Virus record (IMG/VR): IMGVR_UViG_3300021426_000003
Location: 103,151-149,019 of that record
Origin: a virus
Reading direction: 5' to 3' (one strand)
DNA length: 45,869 nucleotides
Shown: positions 1 to 9,303 of the stretch, piece after piece
How positions within the stretch are numbered: position 1 is the first letter of the stretch
Layout: each line of letters starts with the position of its first letter
The notes under the pieces: generated by a model
Told to the model about the DNA's origin: nothing
Database searches by the model: none
What the model saw: the letters and a program-made list of their open reading frames with translations, nothing else
Program-made: the position numbers and the translations under genes

Positions 1-5
1 AGGCA

Positions 6-356
6 TTGCAAAAAGCAGCTAAAGATAAAAGAACAGATTTAACCGAAGCTGAAGAAGATGCAGTTATTCTTAAAGAAATTAAACAGGTACAGGAAACAAT
101 CGAATCTTGCCCCGTTGAAAGAACTGATATTATGGGATTTATGTTGACTAGAAAAAATCTTTATGAACAGTTTGCTCCAAAGCAAATGACTAAAAAAGAG
201 ATTTATAATGTACTTGCAGGAGTATTACAGGAACTTAAATTGGTTGAACCTACTAAAAAAGACAAAGGTAAAATTATGAAACTGCTTATGCCCAAAGTAA
301 AAGGTAAGGCAGATGGTAAAGATGTTAATTTTGTTGTTGATGATATTTTGAAATAA
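6..356 (+). CDS. GatB/YqeY domain protein (probably 5'-truncated by window edge)
   Basis: KEIKQ..E.I and C-terminal MPKVKGKADGK.VN..V pattern typical of YqeY. Confidence 0.75.
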   Translation: MQKAAKDKRTDLTEAEEDAVILKEIKQVQETIESCPVERTDIMGFMLTRKNLYEQFAPKQMTKKEIYNVLAGVLQELKLVEPTKKDKGKIMKLLMPKVKGKADGKDVNFVVDDILK

Positions 357-389
357 GATATAATTATTTTCAATTGGAGGAAAATAAGT

Positions 390-587
390 ATGACAACTAA
401 AAAGACATGGTTATATCTTGAATGGCTTAGAAGAACTGGTCAGACTAATATGTTTGGTGCTGTTCCTTATTTGATAAATGAATTTGGATTTGATAATGAA
501 AAAGCAAAAGAAGTTTTAAGTGATTGGATGCAAAATTATAATCCAGATGATTATCCTGATAAGATTACACTAAAAGATTTTAGTTAA
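390..587 (+). CDS. small conserved phage protein
   Basis: GGAGG RBS; YLEWLRRTGQTNMFGAVPYL motif. Confidence 0.7.
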   Translation: MTTKKTWLYLEWLRRTGQTNMFGAVPYLINEFGFDNEKAKEVLSDWMQNYNPDDYPDKITLKDFS

Positions 588-590
588 TTT

Positions 591-619
591 TTGAATTAAG
601 AAAAATTGATTTATATAAT
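591..619 (+). promoter_or_regulatory. sigmaA-type promoter
   Basis: TTGAAT-17 nt-TATAAT upstream of ORF 654. Confidence 0.5.
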
Positions 620-653
620 ACAATAAGACGTATATAACATAAAGGAGACATAT

Positions 654-1199
654 ATGGATACAAATAAGTGTATTATTATGCTAGTATTAGCAGTTCTTTT
701 TGCGGGTTTTATAGTAGGAGTTATACAAAGCATAATTGATTTTAATAATAAAATTACAGAAATGTTTGATGATATTTCATTGCTTAAAATTACATCAAAC
801 GATACATTATCAATGATGAGTTATTATAATAGTGCAATTAAAATGGGGCAAACTGAAATCGAAAAGAACCTATTAACAGAAATCGCCTGTCTTGCTACTA
901 AAAACAACAATGACATGAAAGAACTAAAAGAAAAGATTATATCTAATAATCAAGATAATACTTTAAAAAAGAATAATATTAAAAATAAGCAACGTACACA
1001 ATATAGAGTAAAATATAAGCATCCATTTGACAATACAACTTTTTTTATTGTTTGTAATGATAGAGAAGAAGTACAAAATACTATTAATGTTCTTAAGGCA
1101 AATGAAAGTATTGGATTTAAATTTTTAGGGATTGACGATAGAATTGTTGAATCTGAAAAAAATGATTCTGATTGGAACAAATTATTTAGTTTTGATTAA
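654..1199 (+). CDS. hypothetical membrane-anchored protein
   Basis: AGGAG RBS; N-terminal hydrophobic helix. Confidence 0.65.
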   Translation: MDTNKCIIMLVLAVLFAGFIVGVIQSIIDFNNKITEMFDDISLLKITSNDTLSMMSYYNSAIKMGQTEIEKNLLTEIACLATKNNNDMKELKEKIISNNQDNTLKKNNIKNKQRTQYRVKYKHPFDNTTFFIVCNDREEVQNTINVLKANESIGFKFLGIDDRIVESEKNDSDWNKLFSFD

Positions 1200-1201
1200 T
1201 A

Positions 1202-1229
1202 TTGACAATCTATTATACAAGTATATAAT
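1202..1229 (+). promoter_or_regulatory. consensus sigmaA promoter
   Basis: TTGACA-16 nt-TATAAT. Confidence 0.6.
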
Positions 1230-1269
1230 ATATATAAATATGCTTAAATTAAATATCGGATAAAAAAAT

Positions 1270-1566
1270 ATGGATAAAGCTATTTTAGAAATGTATCTTG
1301 GTAAAAGAATTATTATCCAATGGGAGCACGAAATTGGAGAGCCAAAAAGAAAACATAAAAAGAAACGAATTGCCAAAAAATGGTTAAAGAAATATGGGAC
1401 TTGGAAAAGTTATGAAAATGGAGTATGCCCATATATAAAATATGTTGTTTTAACTAATGATTGCGTATTTATGTCAAGGCAAATGTATATAAGATTAAGA
1501 AACCAACATAATATAGATTTTATACAATATCATATTCCACATCATGGTAATAATTTTATTCATTAA
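1270..1566 (+). CDS. hypothetical protein
   Basis: ORF directly downstream of promoter. Confidence 0.55.
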   Translation: MDKAILEMYLGKRIIIQWEHEIGEPKRKHKKKRIAKKWLKKYGTWKSYENGVCPYIKYVVLTNDCVFMSRQMYIRLRNQHNIDFIQYHIPHHGNNFIH

Positions 1567-1591
1567 ATAAAATATATAGGAGAGAAATAAT

Positions 1592-1888
1592 ATGCATCCT
1601 TCAATAGATACTGAAACAGCAATTATTGTTCTTAAAAATTTACAGGACTGGTTATATTTCAGTTCAATAAATGGTGGAACAAAAATTCAAAGAGAAGCAA
1701 TTGATATCGCTATTAAAACGCTTCAAGTAGAATCATTTACTGATGCAGAACAAAGAATATTTCTTATGGCAATGACAAGAGAAAAAGAAAAGTGTAAAGA
1801 AATAGATGGAGAATTAGACGGACTTGTAAACCTTAAAAATATTTGTGAAGAGATTGAAAGAAAGGTAAAAAGTGTACTATGGAATTAA
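1592..1888 (+). CDS. hypothetical phage protein
   Basis: AGGAG RBS; overlaps next gene. Confidence 0.6.
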   Translation: MHPSIDTETAIIVLKNLQDWLYFSSINGGTKIQREAIDIAIKTLQVESFTDAEQRIFLMAMTREKEKCKEIDGELDGLVNLKNICEEIERKVKSVLWN

Positions 1889-2151
1889 TTAGTAAACAGG
1901 CGGCGATTGATGCGGCAATGCGGGATGTCTCCCCAATAAGAACGCACGAATTTAATGCAGGAGCAACTAGAGCCGCTAACAGAATTAAACAGTTGCCGTC
2001 CGCAGAGCCAGTTGATTATGGTTATTTAGCAGACTGGTTTATAAATTCTGTCGGTAACGAAGAACCAGTATGGACGGAAGAACACATTGATGAATTAATA
2101 AATGATTTTTATATTATCCCTAAGATTGAAAAAGGAGAACAAGATGGATGA
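1879..2151 (+). CDS. hypothetical phage protein (LISKQAAIDA...LPSAEP family)
   Basis: N-terminus typical of small Clostridia phage accessory proteins. Confidence 0.6.
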   Translation: MELISKQAAIDAAMRDVSPIRTHEFNAGATRAANRIKQLPSAEPVDYGYLADWFINSVGNEEPVWTEEHIDELINDFYIIPKIEKGEQDG

Positions 2152-2476
2152 ATCAATCAGCCGCAAGGCGGTAATCAACGAACTTGAACGAGCTAAAATA
2201 CGAGTTAGCCTAACCATGGTAAGACAGCCAACTCATAGCTTTGAGAGAGCAATCGGCAGAGGGACTATTGGGACTCTGGACGATGTTGAAAAAAATATTA
2301 GAAGATTGCCGCCCTCAGAGTCGAAAATAGGTAAATGGATAAGAGATGGACATCATATAAGATGCGATCAATGTGGAATGTATATGTGTGACACAGACAG
2401 AGAAGGTGATAAAATTCCAAATAATTTTTGTCCGAACTGTGGCAGTTATAACAGAGGTGAAATAAATGACCAATGA
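2144..2476 (+). CDS. Zn-ribbon phage protein
   Basis: AGGAG RBS before ATG 2144; CDQCG...FCPNCG. Confidence 0.65.
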   Translation: MDESISRKAVINELERAKIRVSLTMVRQPTHSFERAIGRGTIGTLDDVEKNIRRLPPSESKIGKWIRDGHHIRCDQCGMYMCDTDREGDKIPNNFCPNCGSYNRGEINDQ

Positions 2477-2735
2477 AAATGCAATAAATATTTTACGTCA
2501 TCTAAGCCCGCCCCATACATCTAAAGCAGCTTTTGATGCTTTTAGACAAGCGATTGAAATGGCAATTGAAGCATTAAAAGAGTCTCAGATAATACGATGT
2601 AAGGATTGTAAACATCATTGGACACACGAGTGTATGGATAGTATGCCGATTGAGAGATGCGATTTAGAACAGACATTTTATGATGCAGAAGTTGATTATT
2701 GTAGCCTTGCCGAGATGAGAGAGGTAACAACATGA
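2466..2735 (+). CDS. Cys-rich hypothetical phage protein
   Basis: GAGGT RBS; RCKDCKH...C...YCS. Confidence 0.6.
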   Translation: MTNENAINILRHLSPPHTSKAAFDAFRQAIEMAIEALKESQIIRCKDCKHHWTHECMDSMPIERCDLEQTFYDAEVDYCSLAEMREVTT

Positions 2736-3133
2736 GACCAGTTGATGGTGATGCGCTTAAACGTAGAGCACAAAAAGTAGCTACGGAAGCATGGAAAATG
2801 AAAATAAAAGCAGAAGTCGAAACAATTCTTAATCAATTTATTGATTGGATTAATGAAGCGCCAACAATTCAAGCAGAACCGAACTGGATTCCATGTGAAA
2901 AAAAAGATACAGAAAAAAATATTGATACATATATTCAAGCATTAAATAGGGCAAAAACACTTTTAAAAGCAACATACAACTTATTACAGAAGCAAAATGA
3001 AACAATTTATGTTTTAAATATGTTAGAAGAATTGGTTTATTATGATGAAGCAGAATGTGATGGAAATTGTTTGATGGATGATATTAATTATTGGTTTGAT
3101 GAATTTTGTGATGAAGAGCTAGATAATGAGTAA
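2732..3133 (+). CDS. hypothetical phage protein
   Basis: ATGA overlap with upstream gene; MRPVDGDAL...APTI module. Confidence 0.6.
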   Translation: MRPVDGDALKRRAQKVATEAWKMKIKAEVETILNQFIDWINEAPTIQAEPNWIPCEKKDTEKNIDTYIQALNRAKTLLKATYNLLQKQNETIYVLNMLEELVYYDEAECDGNCLMDDINYWFDEFCDEELDNE

Positions 3134-3161
3134 ATATATAAAATTAAAGGAGAAAATGTAA

Positions 3162-3344
3162 ATGAATCATGATGCAATACATTGTATTGATTATTCTGAT
3201 AAATGCCCAAAGAAATGCTATAGAGCACAACTTGTAAGGGAATTACAAAAATATGAGAAACTTGCTCCATATGCATTTAATTTTCCAATTAGTTGGGGAC
3301 ATTTAAAAGAAACAGATGAATGTCCTATAAAAAGAAAGGATTAA
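3162..3344 (+). CDS. small Cys-containing protein
   Basis: AGGAG RBS. Confidence 0.5.
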   Translation: MNHDAIHCIDYSDKCPKKCYRAQLVRELQKYEKLAPYAFNFPISWGHLKETDECPIKRKD

Positions 3345-3349
3345 AATAA

Positions 3350-3640
3350 ATGAAAAAAGTGCTATTAGTGTTTGTTTTAATGATTTTTTTGTTAACTAGT
3401 TGTGGTGAAGACTTTAATGTGTCATTGGCTGACGAAGATTACTCCTCAATGATTGCGCCAAACATTTTAGAGTGTGGTGATGATGTAGGAGTTGGAGGGG
3501 AAGTTTATTATTATATTATAGATAAAAATACTGGGGTTGTATATTTGGCATTTGATTCATATGAAAGACATGGTTTAACTTTAATGGTTAATAGAGATGG
3601 TTCTCCAATTACAGCAGAACAATTAGGGATTAAGTATTGA
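3350..3640 (+). CDS. lipoprotein, DUF6440-like
   Basis: Signal peptide with lipobox LTSC; IIDKNTGVVYL motif. Confidence 0.6.
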   Translation: MKKVLLVFVLMIFLLTSCGEDFNVSLADEDYSSMIAPNILECGDDVGVGGEVYYYIIDKNTGVVYLAFDSYERHGLTLMVNRDGSPITAEQLGIKY

Positions 3641-3749
3641 GGTGATAGAATGATTAAATTTATGTCTGAACATTGGGTTATTATATATGGAATGTTGATG
3701 TTTGAAATCGGACAATTAGTAGGATATCTTAGAGGGAAGAGGTGACGAA

Positions 3750-3998
3750 ATGAAGAAACTAATAGCGATGTTGATATTGACAGTGATGCTCGTATCATGT
3801 AGTTCAAGTACGGAAGCTAATGCTCGTAATGCGGACAGGTTTGAATTAATTCAATCCACTTCATGGTGCGATGTAGTAGTAGATACTGAGACTGGAGTCG
3901 AATATGCCGTATCTACTGGTGCATACAACTGGGGAAGCATGACGGTTTTGGTCGATGCAGACGGAAATCCGCTCATTTGGAAAGGAAATAAGGAATGA
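3750..3998 (+). CDS. lipoprotein, DUF6440-like (paralog)
   Basis: Lipobox LVSC; VVDTETGVEY...VLVDADGNP. Confidence 0.6.
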   Translation: MKKLIAMLILTVMLVSCSSSTEANARNADRFELIQSTSWCDVVVDTETGVEYAVSTGAYNWGSMTVLVDADGNPLIWKGNKE

Positions 3999-4156
3999 TG
4001 ACACTAGACGAAGCAATTGAGCATTGTGAAGAAGTCGCAAAGATTGTCTGCGATGAATGTGCGGAAGAGCATATGCAACTTGCAGAATGGCTGAGAGAAC
4101 TGAAAAAGCTAAGAGAGCAGTCAAAGAAGGTGGATATGAGAGAGGTGACGGAATGA
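3995..4156 (+). CDS. small phage protein (not in ORF track)
   Basis: Reads MMTLDEAIEHCEEVAKIVCDECAEEHMQLAEWLRELK...; ATGA overlaps at both ends. Confidence 0.6.
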   Translation: MMTLDEAIEHCEEVAKIVCDECAEEHMQLAEWLRELKKLREQSKKVDMREVTE

Positions 4157-4296
4157 CAAGATTAACGACGTTAATTTCATTTTGTTTGGGAGCAATTATC
4201 GCACGAGCAATGAGGATACAAGACTATTTTATTCTAACATTCGCATTAATAGCATTTGCAGTTAATATAGCGGTTGCTTGTTTGATAGAGAGGTGA
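4153..4296 (+). CDS. small membrane protein
   Basis: GAGGTG RBS; two hydrophobic stretches. Confidence 0.5.
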   Translation: MTRLTTLISFCLGAIIARAMRIQDYFILTFALIAFAVNIAVACLIER

Positions 4297-4300
4297 CGGA

Positions 4301-4603
4301 ATGAGTGTACTGATCAAAGGCATGGAGATGCCGAAAAACTGTGACGAGTGTAATATCAGTGATATTCATCTTTGCAAATTATGGATGAGGATGACAATCA
4401 GCCAAAGAATCGAGGGGAAACATCCAGATTGCCCACTCGTTGAAGTCAAAGAACCGCATGGTGATTTGACGGATAAGGATAAGCTGATGCAAGAATTCAT
4501 GGACAGCGACCTTGACCATTTGCAGAGAGACGATTGGAAAGAGGTCATTCAGATAGTGAGTGATGCAGAAGTGGTTATAGAGGCAGAAGGGAGAGAGGAA
4601 TGA
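4301..4603 (+). CDS. hypothetical phage protein
   Basis: GAGGTG RBS; KGMEMPKNC..C...CPLVEV. Confidence 0.6.
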   Translation: MSVLIKGMEMPKNCDECNISDIHLCKLWMRMTISQRIEGKHPDCPLVEVKEPHGDLTDKDKLMQEFMDSDLDHLQRDDWKEVIQIVSDAEVVIEAEGREE

Positions 4604-4854
4604 AGACTGAAAACAATAAAGAAAATGTTATAACATCTAATAAGATTATAAATAAGGCGTTTAAACTTGCTTGTCAGTATTTACAATATAATGCTCCAAA
4701 TACATTTGTTACATATGAACCTGATGAAATACGAGCATGTTGTGGTGCAGCTTCTTATGAAGATGGTTGGAAACAATGGGCTAAATACTTCCTGTATAAA
4801 GTTGAATCAAATACAGATACAGATTTGGTAAAAATGTTAAGAGAAGGAATGTAA
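4600..4854 (+). CDS. hypothetical protein
   Basis: ATGA overlap, RBS. Confidence 0.55.
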   Translation: MKTENNKENVITSNKIINKAFKLACQYLQYNAPNTFVTYEPDEIRACCGAASYEDGWKQWAKYFLYKVESNTDTDLVKMLREGM

Positions 4855-4856
4855 AA

Positions 4857-5066
4857 ATGAAATTAATAATTCTAACACGAGCTTGTAATAGTGATAGAAC
4901 ATATGTTAATCCTAATCAAATTTGCTGTATCTACCGTAACTACGGATACAATCATGACAAAGAAACTACTGTAATTCAATTTGCAGGAGAAGCTCGTAAC
5001 TATATCGAAGTCAAAGAAAGTCCAGAAGCTATTGAAAACATTATTGAAGCAGAAAAGGAAAAATAA
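4857..5066 (+). CDS. small protein (FlbD-like)
   Basis: YVNP..I...T.I.......IEVKESPEAI pattern. Confidence 0.45.
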   Translation: MKLIILTRACNSDRTYVNPNQICCIYRNYGYNHDKETTVIQFAGEARNYIEVKESPEAIENIIEAEKEK

Positions 5067-5696
5067 ATGGAGAAAAAAACAATAGAAAATATGGATTATA
5101 ATTATGATATATATACACAAATAGAAAATTTAAAAATAATAAAGGAGTGGATAAATGATATAGATATTCTATTAAAAAGAATAGAAAAAATGAATATAAA
5201 TAATATTCAAAAACAAATAGAAGAAGCCTATCAGAATGGGTATAAAACATGTATGCAAGAAAACGATTTTGATTCTCCTTGTACGAGTTGTGAAGCCTAC
5301 CAGAGAGGAGTAGAAGACGGACGAAACGAAACATGGGAGGTGGCGAAAAAAGTCTCTCTTCAGGTTGATGAGGGCGGGTTAAGTGTTGAAAAATTAGATG
5401 AAATATTTGGTTGTGCTACTTTACAGCAGGTATTTAGAAGGTATTCTGCACAGCAGACAATCGCCAAGCTGAAAGCCTACGAAGAAAAACAAAAAGCAGA
5501 GAACGAGATAAAGGTCGGGGATATTGTATATTTAAGCGGAGATAAATACATCGTCTCTTACATCAATGATGATGGATGCGCTGATTTGATCCACATCTGG
5601 AGCGGAAGTACCTGCGAAAGTGTATCGCCTGATTGCCTCACACGCACAGGAAAGCACTATGACATCGACAAGATATTGGAGGCAATGAAGGAATAA
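5067..5696 (+). CDS. hypothetical phage protein
   Basis: 209-aa ORF abutting its neighbours. Confidence 0.55.
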   Translation: MEKKTIENMDYNYDIYTQIENLKIIKEWINDIDILLKRIEKMNINNIQKQIEEAYQNGYKTCMQENDFDSPCTSCEAYQRGVEDGRNETWEVAKKVSLQVDEGGLSVEKLDEIFGCATLQQVFRRYSAQQTIAKLKAYEEKQKAENEIKVGDIVYLSGDKYIVSYINDDGCADLIHIWSGSTCESVSPDCLTRTGKHYDIDKILEAMKE

Positions 5697-5699
5697 ACT

Positions 5700-6110
5700 A
5701 TGAGTGAAGATATGATGTTACTTTTGACAATTATAATATGTATTTTATTAGTTTTTTATTTATGTAAATTTATAACTTGGGTATCAGATTTATGTAAAAC
5801 AACACCTAAAATAACATTTAAAGCTTTTAAAAAAGTCTACTGTTTATATCCTTCTAAATGGTCTTTAGAAAATACTTATATTAGGTATTACCCTCAATCA
5901 GAGAATTCTAATATTGAATCCATAGCTATTGATTTTAAATACTTTCATGATTATCTGTTATATTGTAGATTTAAAAAGAAAATAGAGAAAGACCATGATT
6001 ATGAAAAACAATTGAAAAATGAAAAGATACTTATTGAATGTCTACAAAAAGATATCAATGCTTATAGAGAAGAGAATTTGAACGAAATAAATAAGATTAT
6101 AAATAAGTAA
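5700..6110 (+). CDS. hypothetical membrane-anchored protein
   Basis: N-terminal TM helix. Confidence 0.55.
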   Translation: MSEDMMLLLTIIICILLVFYLCKFITWVSDLCKTTPKITFKAFKKVYCLYPSKWSLENTYIRYYPQSENSNIESIAIDFKYFHDYLLYCRFKKKIEKDHDYEKQLKNEKILIECLQKDINAYREENLNEINKIINK

Positions 6111-6177
6111 ATAATATAAGAAAAAACTAGACAAAATTTGACTCATATGTTATCCTTGCTTTAAGGAGGATTATACT

Positions 6178-7410
6178 ATGATTAAATCAAAAGAAGAATT
6201 AGCAAATAAAATAAAACCATTATGTGAAAAAGTATTATTTGATAAAGAGAAAAACAATAATATCCTTCAAGAAATGCAGACTTCTTTTAACATTCCTACT
6301 GGTATGACAATGGATTTGTTGACAGGAAGAATAAATTTAGAAGATGCAAATGAATTTATATTGTTTAGTTTATGTATTTGTTTAGATAAAGAATTAGATA
6401 AAAAGAATACAGCAAATTATTTTACTCCAATTGAAATAGATGGATATTCTAAATCTAAGTATCAAGAAGAAACCATTAAATTTCCAATTGAAATAAAATG
6501 TGTTCCTGTTGCTGCTGACCAGTGGATTGGTTCAACAGATGTTAATTTTATAATGAAACTCCGTAAAGCTCAATTGATTAATTATAATGTAAATGCTCAA
6601 AGAACATTACAAAAAGTCGTTAAAGGTGAACGGAGTTATTATAAAATTACATTAAATAAAGATGCTATAAATAAAATATGTGAGAGTATGAATGATGGAA
6701 ATTATATTCCTAATACTATTACTCTCAATATGCCAGAGACTACAGATTTTTCTTATGATGATTCAAGATGTATTTTAAGTATTAAATCACTTGACCATTT
6801 TGATATATCTGATGGATATCATAGATATATTTCCATGGGACAATTACATGATAAGAATCCAGATTTTAATTATCCAATGGAATTAAGAATTGTAATGTTT
6901 TCTGAAGATAAAGTAAAACAATTTATTTATCAGGAAGACCAGAAGACAAAGATGAGAAAGATTGATTCTGATTCTATGAATATGAATGCTCCAGAAAATC
7001 TTGTTGTTGAAAGATTAAATAGAGATGTTATGTTTAATCTTAAGAATAAGATAGCAAGAAATAATGGAAGTATTAATTATGCTGAATTAGCTAGTATTAT
7101 TAGATATTTTTATTTTAAAGGACAGAACGTAGATAAATCGGTTAGAAGAATTATTGAAGTTGAAAATGAAATAAAGAATAAATTTAATAAGTTAACAGAA
7201 GCTTATCCCGATCTTTTAGATAAAGTTTATAGTTTTGTTGATTTGATGATTATTTTTTATACTTTTGACAATGTAGAAATAATCGATTATAATCCTGAAC
7301 GTACAGTTAATTTATTAAATAGAATTGATGAAATTGATTCTAAAATATTTGCTGCTAAAATTCCTCGTAAAGGAATGATATCTGCTATCATTCAGTTGGA
7401 AAAGGGGTGA
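6178..7410 (+). CDS. DGQHR/DndB-like (ParB-fold) protein, SPbeta YopQ-like
   Basis: AGGAGG RBS; N.QR and ISDGYHRY (DGQHR-like) motifs; directly upstream of MrpR-like gene. Confidence 0.65.
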   Translation: MIKSKEELANKIKPLCEKVLFDKEKNNNILQEMQTSFNIPTGMTMDLLTGRINLEDANEFILFSLCICLDKELDKKNTANYFTPIEIDGYSKSKYQEETIKFPIEIKCVPVAADQWIGSTDVNFIMKLRKAQLINYNVNAQRTLQKVVKGERSYYKITLNKDAINKICESMNDGNYIPNTITLNMPETTDFSYDDSRCILSIKSLDHFDISDGYHRYISMGQLHDKNPDFNYPMELRIVMFSEDKVKQFIYQEDQKTKMRKIDSDSMNMNAPENLVVERLNRDVMFNLKNKIARNNGSINYAELASIIRYFYFKGQNVDKSVRRIIEVENEIKNKFNKLTEAYPDLLDKVYSFVDLMIIFYTFDNVEIIDYNPERTVNLLNRIDEIDSKIFAAKIPRKGMISAIIQLEKG

Positions 7411-7415
7411 CAAAT

Positions 7416-8336
7416 ATGTATAATCAAGAGCTAAAAGAAAGATACCGTATAGAGAAAGAATCTTATACAACCGTGTCTGCCTATTATTTTAGTTCTCTTT
7501 TTAAAAGAACAGAACCTTTTGAAGAACAACTTGATAAAGATGTTTGTAATTTTACAACATATGAAATTATTAATATGTATAAGACATTGGCGATGATGTC
7601 TCTTGATACAATTGCTACAATGAATAGTAATTTATCCATGTATACACAATGGTGCATTCAACAAAATCTTGTCAATGATTATCAAAATCATTATTTAGAA
7701 ATAAACAGAGATATGATGGCATCATTTGTAAATAAACTTGCAATGGATAAAAAAGTTGTATCAAGAAAGCAAGTACTTGAATGGTGTCAACAATTACCTA
7801 ATCCAAGTGATAGTTTTTGCTTATTAGGATTGTTTGAAGGAATAAGAGGAGGAGGTTATCTGGAATTAGCATTAGCTAAAATGGAAGATTTTAATAATAA
7901 TATCTTCATCGCATATAATGGTAGAGAAATAAAAGTGTCTTCGACTCTTATTGAATATGCAAAACAATCTGATGAAACACTTGAGTATCAGTCAATTAGC
8001 CAGAATATGGCTAAAGAAGTAACTTTAATTGATAATGGAAGAATAATTAAAGATTATCCTAATATTAGACGTTCTGATTCTATGCCTGTATTAAGAAGAA
8101 GAACACAAGCAAGATTAGCAAGAATATTTGATTATGTCGGCATATTAGATTATATGAATGGGAATGACATCAGAATGAGTGGCGTAGTTGAAATGGTTAA
8201 TAATAGATGTAAAGAGCTTGGAATTTCTGGTAGAGATTATATATATGGAATTGGTATAGAAGAAATAAAAAAACAGTATGATTTCAAAATAGTTCCATCT
8301 GTATTTATGGATAAGTTTGGTGAGTACCTAGTATGA
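7416..8336 (+). CDS. MrpR/YopR-like phage lytic-cycle repressor (tyrosine-recombinase fold)
   Basis: MYNQELKERY...FEEQLDKDVCNFT..EI, LFEGIRG and IRMSG motifs. Confidence 0.65.
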   Translation: MYNQELKERYRIEKESYTTVSAYYFSSLFKRTEPFEEQLDKDVCNFTTYEIINMYKTLAMMSLDTIATMNSNLSMYTQWCIQQNLVNDYQNHYLEINRDMMASFVNKLAMDKKVVSRKQVLEWCQQLPNPSDSFCLLGLFEGIRGGGYLELALAKMEDFNNNIFIAYNGREIKVSSTLIEYAKQSDETLEYQSISQNMAKEVTLIDNGRIIKDYPNIRRSDSMPVLRRRTQARLARIFDYVGILDYMNGNDIRMSGVVEMVNNRCKELGISGRDYIYGIGIEEIKKQYDFKIVPSVFMDKFGEYLV

Positions 8337-8347
8337 CTAGGTACTCA
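8321..8347. terminator. perfect 12-bp hairpin over the MrpR-like stop codon
   Basis: TGAGTACCTAGT-ATG-ACTAGGTACTCA. Confidence 0.5.
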
Positions 8348-8409
8348 TTAAATTAAAATAAATAAGAATATAATATATAATAATATATTGAAAATATATA
8401 TTAAACCTA

Positions 8410-8470
8410 TTGACTTTCCGAACGTTTGTTTTATAATAAGAATTATCAAAAGCAATCGAACAAATATTCG
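8410..8470 (+). promoter_or_regulatory. sigmaA promoter with two Gram-positive LexA (Cheo) box-like sites
   Basis: TTGACT-16-TATAAT; CGAACGTTTGTTTT (8419) between -35 and -10; CGAACAAATATTCG (8457). Confidence 0.6.
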
Positions 8471-8490
8471 GATTTAGGAGGGCTAGTTTA

Positions 8491-8838
8491 GTGAATATAA
8501 ATGAGATGGGTGAGTTTGTTGAATATTCAAAAGAAAAATTTAAAAGAGACGTTGAAAAATGGAGTAGTGATACAAATATAAAAATTAGGATAGGAGAAGA
8601 TTGGGGAGAAAATAGTTTTTGGTCGTTTTTTGTTAAAGGAACAAATTGTCAGATTAATGAAGGTGCAGTATCTATTATTGAGAATAAATTTAGTTTAGAT
8701 TTATTTGATGAAGATTATGAGGTTTATGTAAGTAAAGATGAAGTGAATAGATATTGGAAAAAAATTTTTGAATATCCTGTATATTGGATACGCATAAAAG
8801 ATAATAATAAACCCAATATTACCATCGAGGTTCTGTGA
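8491..8838 (+). CDS. hypothetical protein, putatively SOS-regulated
   Basis: AGGAGG RBS, GTG start. Confidence 0.55.
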   Translation: MNINEMGEFVEYSKEKFKRDVEKWSSDTNIKIRIGEDWGENSFWSFFVKGTNCQINEGAVSIIENKFSLDLFDEDYEVYVSKDEVNRYWKKIFEYPVYWIRIKDNNKPNITIEVL

Positions 8839-8882
8839 TGGTAATACATTTAACAAGTATAAAAAATATTATGAAGAGGGTG

Positions 8883-8911
8883 TTGACTTTCAGAATGACA
8901 TGTGATATATT
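8883..8911 (+). promoter_or_regulatory. promoter for the tRNA/ncRNA island
   Basis: TTGACT-17-TATATT with extended -10 TG. Confidence 0.6.
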
Positions 8912-9018
8912 ATATGCATGTTAAGCGAGAGCTTAACAGTTACCTTCCATAAATCTTAAAACTTTGCAAAGGTTTTCGCCGTAGTACCTTTCGAGAGATA
9001 AAACAACGGCATTTATAT

Positions 9019-9090
9019 TGGGCTATCGCCAAGTGGTAAGGCACAGCACTTTGACTGCTGCATACGTTGGTTCAAATCCAACTAGCCCAG
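9019..9090 (+). tRNA. tRNA-Gln(TTG)
   Basis: Cloverleaf; anticodon arm CAGCA-CTTTGAC-TGCTG; T-loop TTCAAAT. Confidence 0.92.
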
Positions 9091-9093
9091 CTG

Positions 9094-9160
9094 CGGGACA
9101 TTTACAGCAAATTTTTCTAAGCATTTTATCAGGGGTAAAACAAGCGAAAAAGATGTCCTG
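9094..9160 (+). ncRNA. ACAGCAA-motif small RNA copy 1
   Basis: CGGGACAT-TTACAGCAA...ATGTCCTG closing stem; inner hairpin TTTTA-TCAGGGG-TAAAA. Confidence 0.6.
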
Positions 9161-9174
9161 AAATAATAATTAAC

Positions 9175-9296
9175 ATTCATGTAGCTCAGTTGGGATGAGC
9201 ACCTGTTAAATTAAAATTCATCATTTTAGTGATGTTAACGGCATTGATTTTTCAAGTCCAAGCAGGGGGTCGTGAGTTCGAGCCTCACCATGAATG
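9175..9296 (+). ncRNA. tRNA(Asp-like) body with permuted ACAGCAA-like motif inserted in the anticodon arm
   Basis: Acceptor ATTCATG/CATGAAT, D and T arms intact; insert includes CATCAT-TTTA-GTGATG-TTAACGGCA. Confidence 0.6.
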
Positions 9297-9303
9297 TTAT
9301 ATG

